Assembly: GCF_011745625.1 (NCBI RefSeq)
Contig: NW_027191474.1
Span: forward strand, 62,001-126,000
Direction: 5' to 3'
Length of the DNA: 64,000 nucleotides
Source: Cladosporium halotolerans
Lineage: Eukaryota
How positions within the stretch are numbered: the stretch's first letter is position 1; every line of letters begins with the position of its first letter. Shown one piece after another: positions 10,123-20,022 of this stretch. The position numbers were made by a program, and so were the translations under genes. The notes under the pieces are model-generated. The model had not been told where the DNA came from and did no database searches. It worked only from the letters and a program-made list of their open reading frames with translations.

Positions 10123-12379
10123 GTTGTTTGTGATTTTCGAATGTGGCGATGTTTTGTGGATGTTTGAGGAAGTCGTGTTGAAGGGAAGTCACGAATTTAT
10201 AGATTTGGAAGAAGGGCCTGAGGCCTCTCACGCAGCACTTGATCAAACGTGCTGTGAATAACGTGCTACCCCATTCCATGTGAATGACAATGTGCTTACG
10301 CAGTGAATGGTAGCAGCCTCAGACAAAGCACCTTGGCGTCGAGCAATCCCATTGTCCTCAACTCGCGCAGCCCTCTATGCTGGATTCCGCTGTGATCACA
10401 TGCTGGTTCTTTGTCGAAGTTACTTGGCATATCCGCGCGTATCGTGCTCGTAATGTCGCTCACATGAGTATCTAATACTCTTCGTCCAGTGAGAGACCGC
10501 TATCAGCCGAATGATTCATTCCGTATCACATGAACTTGCTATCGTAAGTACCTGTGATCTTCATTCCAACCATGAGCTAGCATTACCGTTGCCCTAAACA
10601 GTAGTCATACAGTTGCCATTGATGTAATGATACCAGGTAATCTTTGCCGGAGAATCACATGAAATCTCAAAAACGTTCATTTCTATTAGACGTTCCCCAA
10701 CAAGCTAAATTCAGCATGCCAGAGATGAGGACCAATTGGCTGATCGTTGAGAAAGACGTCTTGTCAGACCGGATGGAAGACGAAGCATATCCATGTTTTT
10801 ACAAACACGTCGAACAAATCACTTTTGCTTGAGAGATGTAGGTGTCATGACCTCTTTACATGATCAATGAATTTGTATTCACTCCAGTGTGATGTCTTTT
10901 GACTGCTTACTTCCCTCCTTCATTTCTCCCCCTCAACGTAACATCTTTGTACTAGGCTTAAGAAGACCAAATGAATGTTCGAAATCGGCTGGTACTCATT
11001 GCATTCGTCTTCATAATTGACCTACACTTCCTTTCCTGCATCACACATCTCTTCGTGGCGGTACTGGCGGCATTTTGAGGGAACATACGCATGGAGCTGA
11101 TCACCGGACGAGCAAGTTTCCGCGCGCATTTAAATCTGTAAAGTACCTCACAAGGGTGATGAATAAATAGCTTCCAATAGATTCCTATGAGATTCTGGGA
11201 GAAGAAGTCATGAGAAGAACTACACCAAGATGGTTTGCTAGAGGCTCCGCGTAGCTGATCAAGTCCGTAATGCATTTCCGTGAAAGCTTAGCCCATTCGA
11301 CACAAAATCTGCCCGAAAGCTCTCGCTGTATAAGAGGACCTTGCAAAGAATGTTGGAGCGCCCGTAATATCAAATTGAGCACAACTTGAAGTTGTCAATC
11401 TTGGTGACAGAATGTCTCTTGGTGTTCATATAGTCTTACGTGTAGAATTACACCGCGGAAACATGGAAAGCTACTCGTACTCTCCTCCATTGCTTGTATG
11501 CTGACGGTTCCCCTTAGCGTATGGGTCCTCTTCTTTTTCTGTGTCGGAAGTTTCAATGATCTCGCAGCCAGCCCCAGCCTGGCCGACGGAGCGCCAGGCC
11601 CGCAAGAACTCAAGCGTGTTGGCATTCGGGATCACCGCGCAGCTGAGTCGGATGACTTTTTGAGGTCACATTCATCGCCAATATTGTCGCCAATAGGGCG
11701 GTCAACATTACCATGGAAGTCTCATTGCGATTAATGTTTCATTCGAGGGTGTTGGCTACCATCGAGTTCGCTGTTGGGCCCCTCAGGAAGATTCCTAGTG
11801 TTCGAATCCACAACCGTTTTTGGCTGGGCAGACAAGCTCCATGGAAATGAAAGAGGAATCTCTTCAGCCGAAATGTAGTAAGAATCGGGGTCGTGATTGC
11901 AACCATCCCAGTGCATGAGCGTCCTTCGGAATCGCGGCTCTAGGGTTGCCGGAGACCGGTCAAAAATCCATTGACAAGGCCATTTGAAAGCGCTTATTCC
12001 TTGACATGACCATCACAGATGCTTATATCATCTGGCGTGAACATGCTAGAAGGGTTTGAACCATTTTGAGACATCGAATCTGAATGTGAGCAATTCACTC
12101 AAGCGATTATGTCAGAATGCCCTCCTTCCCTCGCAACTGCAGGAGAATCTCGTCAGATCCCGCATGAAAGTACTATTGGCTTTCTTCCTGTGGGAGGTAC
12201 TGGAGATAGGCAAACTAGAAATCCATTGACACGGCCATTCGACGGCGATCGATCATCGGAGATCTCTCAGACAGATATTTCAAAGCGCTCAGACTATTTC
12301 GTATGAGATCTCCAGGAGTCTTCGTCAATTGGAAGACATCCAAATCGGAGCTCAAAGAGCTACTCGTACGGCTATGTCA

Positions 12380-12600
12380 GAGTTCTCGAATTGCCTTCAC
12401 CTCCGCGATTGTTCTGTCCGACATTTGTCTTGCTGCCATCTTCAAGCACCACAAGGAGGCAGCGACAGCCATACCATCTCACCAGGACTGATCATCGCCC
12501 TGGACGAAGCCCACAAATACCGCGGCAAGAACGTTTCTACCGCCGAAGCCTTCACTGCCTCCCTCGTATGCTCATACGAGCTGACAGAGAAACACTGAAC
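12380..12600 (+). pseudogene. Frameshifted remnant of a P-loop ATPase (Walker-B IIALDEAHKY)
   Basis: IVLSDICLAAIF in one frame is followed by GLIIALDEAHKY...AEAFTASL in another, then stop codons. Confidence 0.55.
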
Positions 12601-12865
12601 GGGCCTCTTCTATCAAGGGATACAAGATCTGGGTCTCAAAACTCTGCTCTTCGCCTATTTCAGAGTTCTCTGACCATACACACCCTCGCAGCAAGATCGC
12701 CTCAGTGCTCATACCATCATCAGTGAAGTCACCAGGGATCCTTTGCCCAGTGAAAGCACCAGAAGTGAAGTCACTCGCGATCGCGCGGCACGTGCGCCAC
12801 ACACCATTATGAAGCGACTTTTTCTTTTATCTCCCAATGCCCTGCCTTACAACATCATCGCGAGG

Positions 12866-13856
12866 ATGGCGTTTTCTGTGCAGCCTCCCACCGCACCTGC
12901 CGGTATGCAGGTATACACCACCATCGACGATAAGAAGAAGCTGTTGGGAACCGTCGCCAACAAATCGAAGCTCCTGCAGTTCTCGCACGCGGCCAAACAG
13001 GCCTTTCCCGCCCGCGAACTCGTCCTCAAGGGTATCGACGAGGCCGCCGGCCGCACCATTGTCGCGTGGATCAACGGCAACAACCTCACGCGTCCGAAGC
13101 CGCTGCACTTCCAGCTCCTGGGCAGCAACCCACAGTTCATCGACGGCTGCAAGATCCACCACGCGGCGTACATGTTTCTGCTCCGCCGCGACCTGCGCGG
13201 CGACGACATCCGCAACCGGCTGTTCGATTACATCCGCGAGATCCGCAACGTCACCCTTGCGGAGTTCCAGATGGTGCAACTCTGGATGCACTTCGACTCC
13301 GGGCTGATGCTGGAGATGAAGCGCAAGATCGCGTACCACACGGTACGTGAGTGGATCCCCGACGACCAGCGCGGCCAGCTCATGTACTACTTCCTCGGCT
13401 ACGACGTGAGCAACGGCACGACTCTGATACAGGAGATGACCGAGCTCGAGGCGTTCTACAAGGCTCAAATTGCTCGCGAGGCGGAGAAGCGTACTCAAGC
13501 TGCCGCGAACGAGCCAGTCGCCGAATCCGAGAGTGTTACCACTGAGAGCACTGTCATTATAACGACGCCGACGATTGGAAGTGGCAAGAAGGTGAGTTTT
13601 ATCCCACAATAATACTAGGATTTTCAACGCTAACGTGTAACAGACTGCGAAAGACGACGCTTCCAACGACGCTTCCAACGATGCTGCCAACGATGCTGTC
13701 AAGGATGCTGTCAACAACGCTGTCAAGGACACTGCCAACGACGCTTCCAGCGACGCCTCGAAATCCGGTGGGCTCAGCTTGGGACGTGAGCCAACCCTCA
13801 GCGGCGAGCAGAATACTTCCAAACCATCCTACGCCGCGGTGCTGAAGAAGTGCTGA
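12866..13856 (+). CDS. Uncharacterised protein, possible divergent BTB/POZ-like fold; intron 13592-13643; alternative ATG at 12809
   Basis: Strong codon bias. A GTGAGT...GCTAAC...CAG intron leads to exon 2, which has DAxN repeats and ends PSYAAVLKKC-stop. Confidence 0.8.
13656..13763 (+). repeat. Coding minisatellite, 9 x 12 bp (consensus GACGCTTCCAAC / GATGCTGTCAAG)
   Basis: Tandem units visible directly, encoding DASN DASN DAAN DAVK DAVN NAVK DTAN DASS DASK. Confidence 0.9.
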
Positions 13857-14155
13857 GGCATTGAGAAACGTGGGATCAATAATTGCCGGTCGACAGATTT
13901 GAAGCACGATCAAACAATGGAACGATGCATTCGATTGGGTTCAAACGCTGTGGGAATCACTAGAGTTGGTGGAACTCCCAAGAGCACGGTCGATAAGATA
14001 GCATGAAACAGAACTGAAACGATAATGATCAAAAGCAACGCAAAATGCAATTTTCCAAACCTAACAAAAAGCCAAACCCTCAAGCAAGAGCCAGCTTGCT
14101 AACCCAGACCTTGTTCCCAATGATCTCGATGAAACTCAGTCGAACTGCCGCCAAC

Positions 14156-15580
14156 TCAAAGCCTCTTCTCAATCATCTCAATCAAACCCTGAACCGCAGT
14201 TCTCATTGCAACAACATCCCAGTTCTTGCTGATCTGCTCATTGATAGCGCCATCGACCCCCGTCCTCAGATTCATGCGATCGGGATGCCATCTCGGCTGC
14301 TCCTTGAGCTTCAGCCACTTGACGAGAACTTTGAGTTTCTTCTTATCCACAGTCGGATTAAGCTTGACCTTCAGAGTCTCGCCCTTGGACATGACGCCTG
14401 GGACTCCATGGCCGATGAGAAAGAAGAGCTGCACGTTGGCGATGAAGATGTCTTCAGTGCTGTAGCCGCCGGTGCTGGACGAGGTCTCGATGAAGTTCAT
14501 GGCAGTGAGCTCACCTTCGGAAGCGGGGAGAGGATATTCGCCATCGGAACGGCCGATCGCAGACCACCTCGCGTTATAGCTGTCGAAGAGGTCACTGATC
14601 TGAGATAGAGTGTACATGGCTCCTGACCCGGTGGTAGTACCACGAACGGTGGAAGCCGTGTAGCTCTGCGATGTCGTGCTCTTCGACGACGGACTCGGAC
14701 GAGATTCCTTTGTCTTGTAGCTGCTCTTGTAACTGCTCTTGTAGCTGCTCGGCGGAACCTGGGTCGAGCGAGAGCTCTCCCCGCCGCGCGATTCAGTGGT
14801 GTACCGGGAAGAGGTGCGCTGAGTCGGTGGTGGACTAGCCGCTCTCGCAGTCGAGCGAGAGGAAGTAGAGTATTGAGTGCTAGCCTTCGTAGAGTAGGAA
14901 TTACCAAATTTTGTGGATTCCGGGCGTCTCTCCTCGGTGGTGAAGGTCTTACTACGCGGCGGCGGGGCGTAAGACGCCTGAGACTGGCTGCTGCCCATGT
15001 TGAATGTGTTGCTGCGACCTGTTGAAGTCACAGAGGGCTCAGGGCGCCTCTCTTCCGTAGTGAAACTGCCTTCACCACCAGAAGAAGCATAAGAAGTCTG
15101 AGAGTGGCTCGTGCCAGTGGTGGATGCACCGCTGCGACTCCCACCAAACGAACTCAGCAGCGGCCTGGTACCAATCTGGTCAATACCAAGTCCCCTGCTG
15201 CCTAAAGAGTAGCCAGCTTCTGAAGCAGTGCTCGGCCTCTTGCTTGAGCGACTCGAGAATAGGCCTCCGGAGGATGATGGCGGGTTTCCATTACGGACGG
15301 CGCCAGCGATGTTGCGAAGCAGGGTGGCATGAGATCCCTGCGAAGGACCGTTAGAAGTGATCTCCACAGTCTGATGAACGACCTGATGAACCTCGTACCT
15401 CACATTGTGAGAGCTGTTTGAACGATTGATGCTCGTCCCACGCGAAGAAGAACGCCCAGACGGCTCAGGAACAACTTCACGGAAGTTGAAAGGGTCGTTG
15501 GTGCGGTCACGAGTTGGACGTGATGATTGACGGCCAGATCCGGAGATAGAACCGCCAGTGTATCCCGGTGCGTAGGACAT
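14156..15580 (-). CDS. Ser/Thr/Gly-rich disordered protein with a C-terminal RWHPD-motif domain
   Basis: Long ORF, likely start MSYAPGY. The C-terminal 150 aa look folded and contain LKEQPRWHPDR. Confidence 0.75.
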   Translation of the reverse strand: MSYAPGYTGGSISGSGRQSSRPTRDRTNDPFNFREVVPEPSGRSSSRGTSINRSNSSHNVRYEVHQVVHQTVEITSNGPSQGSHATLLRNIAGAVRNGNPPSSSGGLFSSRSSKRPSTASEAGYSLGSRGLGIDQIGTRPLLSSFGGSRSGASTTGTSHSQTSYASSGGEGSFTTEERRPEPSVTSTGRSNTFNMGSSQSQASYAPPPRSKTFTTEERRPESTKFGNSYSTKASTQYSTSSRSTARAASPPPTQRTSSRYTTESRGGESSRSTQVPPSSYKSSYKSSYKTKESRPSPSSKSTTSQSYTASTVRGTTTGSGAMYTLSQISDLFDSYNARWSAIGRSDGEYPLPASEGELTAMNFIETSSSTGGYSTEDIFIANVQLFFLIGHGVPGVMSKGETLKVKLNPTVDKKKLKVLVKWLKLKEQPRWHPDRMNLRTGVDGAINEQISKNWDVVAMRTAVQGLIEMIEKRL

Positions 15581-16059
15581 GTTTCTGTTGAAGCGATCTA
15601 TTCCTCGGTCGATGTTGTGGTAGGAATGGATTATCGGTTGATGCACGGTCTATGGAATGGTGATGGATGATCGTGGTGGTTAATAAACAGCTGGTCGACG
15701 GAAGGGAGGCATTGTGAGGAGGGCCGAACAAAGAAAGTGTGTGAATGTTGACAAAGGTTAAAGTCAATGAGCGCACTTCGATGTCTTTGTTGGTTATCAT
15801 GTTCTTGTAAAGCTGGGTGAGAGACTAGCGCGCGGTGCCGGCTGCAACTGTTCGCGGGTTATACCTGGCAGTGACAGATGCCAGTCTCCAATGTGATTGA
15901 GCGCCGTTGTGAAATGGTCCTTGGCAACTTGTGTCGACATGCTGATGTCCGTGTATGGCCTCATGTGCTACATCGCGGTTGTAACAACAAAGAAACTCAA
16001 CCTAAGGGGCTGTCAGTAAACCTTTGCGGAAAAGGGACAGAAAATCTTACGGTTTGCAG

Positions 16060-17260
16060 CGATTGAGCGGGGCCAACTTTCGCACGTAGCTATCTCATCG
16101 GTCGGTACGACATCATATCGTCTCTCGTCCTCCGCATTTGCAATTGAATCCGGAGGAAATCCAAGCTGTTCTTTGTGAGGATGATTGGCGCGGGGAGGAG
16201 CGAGTACCCTTTGCGCCCCAGTGACATTTGGGCGTGCTGCCGACCTTCGTAACTCTGGCGCCCTGAACGCCTTAGGGTTGCACACTCTCGGCGGTGCGAA
16301 GTTGTTATTATTCTCCAGAACAAGGAATATTTCGCCTAAGTCGTCAAGCTAGGGGTGGGCGAAGCTATCCTTCGTAAGGACGAACGGTATAGCCTTAGTA
16401 ACTAGGTAGCTAGTATCGTCTACGCCCTCGTACTATTTAGGCGTACTATCGACCTTCTTAAGCTCGTCTACGTAGCCGGCGATAGTAGTAGTATTAGTAA
16501 ACCCGAATAGGATATTATCGAGCTTAGTATCGGTATAGAAAGGCTGAAACTCGGAGTATAAGAAGTCGAGGGCGAGGAGGGCGTTCTGCAGGACTCTTGG
16601 GTGAGGGCAAGAGGGAAGTCTAAGGCAGATCTTTAGTCTTCGACGTAGAGCTGTTATCAAGCTTAATGTCCTTGTGCATGAGCTTACACTCGGAGTGCAA
16701 GAAGTCGAGGGCGAGGAGGACGTTCTGAAACATCTTCTGAGTGAGAGCAAGAGCGACGTCTGAGGCAGATCCTCCACCTTTGACTTTCTGATATTGTCGA
16801 GCTTGATGTCGGTGTGGATGAGCTTGCACGCGGGTTGATAGAAGTCGATAGTGAGGAGGGCGTTCTGCAGGACTTCCTGGGTGAAGGCGAGACAGATCCT
16901 CCGCCTTTGGATTACTGGTGTTATCGAGCGTGATGTCGGTGTGGATAAGCTTACACTCGGAGTGCAAGGAGTGAAGGGCGAGGAGGGCGTTCTGGAGGAC
17001 CTGGTGAGGGCGAGAGGGAGCCCGAGACAAATCCCCCGCCTACGACTCATTGATGTTGTCGAGCTTGATGTCGGTGTAGATTAGCATACACCCGGATTGC
17101 AAGGAGTCGAGGGCGAAGAGGGAGTCTTGCAAAACTTTTTGGGCAAGGGCAAGAGCGAAGCCTGAGGCAAGACCCTCCGGCTTTGACGTACAGAGGAGAT
17201 TCGGTAGTGTTACGATCTTATCAGAATGACTCTCGATGCCGTTGCAGAGCCTCAAGATCA
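16060..17260 (-). pseudogene. Decayed SRPK-like (CMGC) protein kinase with tandemly amplified catalytic-loop segment
   Basis: Variants of LLALDFLHSECKLIHTDIKLDNI are repeated. Downstream lie LDDLGE (DFG position) and FRAPE. Multiple stops and frameshifts. Confidence 0.85.
16511..17190. repeat. Five diverged tandem copies of a 127-140 bp unit
   Basis: Units start near 16511, 16651, 16791, 16918 and 17052. Each contains TCGAGCTTGATGTCGGTGTGGAT...CTCGGAGTGCAAG...GGCGAGGAGGGCGTTCTG or a variant. Confidence 0.92.
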
Positions 17261-18226
17261 AGCACATGGTCCTCCGTGTATGAATGCGATCCCATTTCTT
17301 CCTTGCATAGCAATCTGCTCGCGTACAAGATACAGCAGACTGTTGAATAGCAGCGCACACACAAGTAGGGCAGCCCCAGTCGATCAGATCACAAGCAGCT
17401 AGCAGAACACAGAGCGTCCATGGAGCGAGACAACCACATACCATTCCCTCGACAGCCACTCTTCGGATCCCGCAGAGCAATCGTTAGCGTCTCCACCGGT
17501 ACTCACGTTGTCGGTCCCTCAACAACACCGCAGCCCCAGTACATCAGGACTACAACCCACAAACCTCGTACCGACCGTAATGAAACTTCCCGGCTCAAGC
17601 ATCACACGACACAATACTTATCCTCCCAGGCCCCCTGCCTCAATCAAACCACACTCAACCCCGTCGCCCCCCAGATGGCAAGACGCAAGCCAATACATGC
17701 CTCCATCACGCAAGAGCACAAACCTCAGAGGAGACACAAGATCGCTTCCGCAACTTGACGCCATCCAAGCCGAGAAACAGTAAGCACCCTCGTTCCTTCC
17801 TCCGAGGCCCTTGATCCCAGCCGTGTGAGTATGTAAGCATCAAAGCCACTGTTCAAGAACAGTTCCGTGGAGGCAGGATGGATACCTTAATTCAGTGGCG
17901 AGAAGGAAGAGGGAGACGCACAGTTGCTCGATGGCAGTGGTTCCCCCTGTGTATGGCACCGTAGACGAAGGATGGCGAGAACACAGTCGGAGGCAATTGA
18001 AAACGAAATCAAGACAAGAGTGTAACAATCTTCATTATATCCAACCACCTAACCAAAAGCCATACATATCTCATCGTAAGCGAACGTGGGTGCAGGGGGT
18101 ATAGAGCCTTTTTTCAAATCATAGCATCCCCTGGAACTCTCCAAGCCAAAAGTTTCCATCAAAACAATCTTGCGCCCCTCATGCATTACCAAAAAATGCA
18201 AATCAACTCTCTTCTTCCGCCTCCGC

Positions 18227-19595
18227 TTACAGCAACAGCGCAGCACCAAGCACGCCAACGGCGCCCATAACGCTGCCGACCATCGCAGTCGGCACCGCGG
18301 CCGCGCCCTCACTAGCGCCCGTAGCCTGCGCGCCACCAGACGTCGCGGCCGCGGAATCCGACGCAGCCGCGACGCGAATGCCGTAGTTAGTCGTCGTCTG
18401 CACGCCCGTGGAACTGCCCGTGGTAACCGTGGTGGTCACGACGCTGCTCGCCGTCGTCTCGGCCGAGCAGCCGCTCCAAGTCGTCCACGGCGCCTCGGTG
18501 CCCCAGGGTCCGCTCGTCCAGCCGCTCCAGGTGCTGGGCGGGCAGGCGCTGCCGCCCCACCAGGAGGTCCAGGGGCCCTGGGTCCAGGAGCCGGTGGAGG
18601 CGTCGCTCCAGGGGCCCCAGCCGTTGCCTGGGCCGCCGGGGCCGAAGGGCCCGACGCCGTTGCCGCCGTGCCAGCCGCCGGGGCCGCCGTTGGAGCCGTT
18701 GGCGTTGGGGCCCCAGGCGCCGCCGAAGGGGCCCGGGGCGCCGGTTGTTTGGGTTTGCCAGGAAGAGACTGCGGAGGCCCAGGCGGAGTTTGTGGTCCAG
18801 GCTGAGGGCCAGGCGGAGCCACCTGAAGGGAAGAATGTTAGCTTGGTGTTTGTTTGGAAGGGGGATAGGTGGTGTAGGGTGGTTGGTGCTGGCATGGCAA
18901 GCAGATGGACAAGACTGGCAAAGCGGACGGGACGCGAGAAACTCAAGAGGTCAGACGGAAAATCACGGACCTGGACCGCCAAAGGGAAAACCACCGCGAG
19001 AAGCAGCCGGAACGCCATTAACGCTCGCCCAAGACGACCAGTCGGATTTCGCAGAGCTGGCCCAGGAGTTCCACGCAGCGGAATCCGTCACGGTGGGAGT
19101 GGGATGCGCGCTGGTCCAGCTTTGCCAGTCGGAGTTGGTGGTCCAGTCTCCCTTGCCGTTGCCATTGCCAAATCTGCCCCAGGGACCAGCGGAGAAAGGG
19201 ACGGAAGGCTTACCACTCGTTGCGCTGAAAGTAGCCTCGGGAGAGGCGCTGACACTCTGGCCGGCGTTGGCGCAAGCCTGGGCGATGACCTGGTAGGTGG
19301 AGTCCTTGTCGGTCTGGTCGCAGTCGGAGTTGGCGATGCAGTCGTTGAGGGTGTTCAGCTGGTCGCCGGTGCAGAAGGAGGACCAGTCGTTGGCGTCGGT
19401 GTTGGAGTTGCGGAGGTCCTGCCAGCAGGAAGAGACGCAGGAGGGAGCGCCAGACCAGTCGCCGCCAGCGTTGCCGGCATAGCCGCCGCCATTGGGACCG
19501 CCGTGGTTACCGTTCGGGCCCTGGTTGCCACCGCCGAACTGGGGAGAGGCGGCGGCGAGGGCCAGGAAAGACGAAGCTGCGACTGCGTGCTTCAT
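18227..19595 (-). CDS. GPI-anchored cell-surface protein with 6-Cys CFEM-like domain and Gly/Trp/Pro-rich region; intron 18823-18970
   Basis: Signal peptide, PSCVSSC...FC...DCI..SDC...AC motif and a hydrophobic C-terminal GPI-type tail. The GTCCGT...GCTAAC...TTCAG intron joins the two ORFs in frame. Confidence 0.85.
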
Positions 19596-19990
19596 GTTGT
19601 GTTGATGTGGAGGGAGGTGGTAGAGGAGCTGAAGATGAGGGAGGTGGTCGAGAAAATGAAATTGAAGACGGTCAATGTGATGTGCTACCGGGGTGGATGG
19701 CTAGCAGATGCAGGGCAGATGAGGATAGGGAAGGCCAAGGAGATGAAGGCGGGACAGGCGAGGCTGATATATCTCTGGAAAAAGCGAGAGGTTGACATGC
19801 GAGGAGGGTCAGCTCCGGCAGGCGCAGCAGCCTTACCTGTCGGAGAATACGCGCGGCAGGGGAGACGTCATGGTTAAGGTAGCGAGGGAGGGCGCGAGGG
19901 CGTGAGTGAGGTCAGCCAACCGAGGAGGGCGGAGAATGGGGATCGAGCCAACGCGGCGGGTGCAGCAGAGTTGCGTGCAGAGGGCAGCGC

Positions 19991-20022
19991 GCAGTGCAGT
20001 GCAGTGCAGTGCAGTGCAGTGC
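19991..20022. repeat. (GCAGT)6 microsatellite
   Basis: Perfect pentamer run about 400 bp upstream of the CFEM-like gene. Confidence 0.95.

Noticed and set aside
16511..17190. Repeat array considered as CRISPR-like
   Set aside because: The units are contiguous diverged kinase-coding copies without unique spacers, the context is eukaryotic, and there are no cas genes.
18408..19877. 489-aa plus-strand ORF
   Set aside because: Antisense shadow of the GC-rich CFEM-like gene, with no domain and no independent codon signal.
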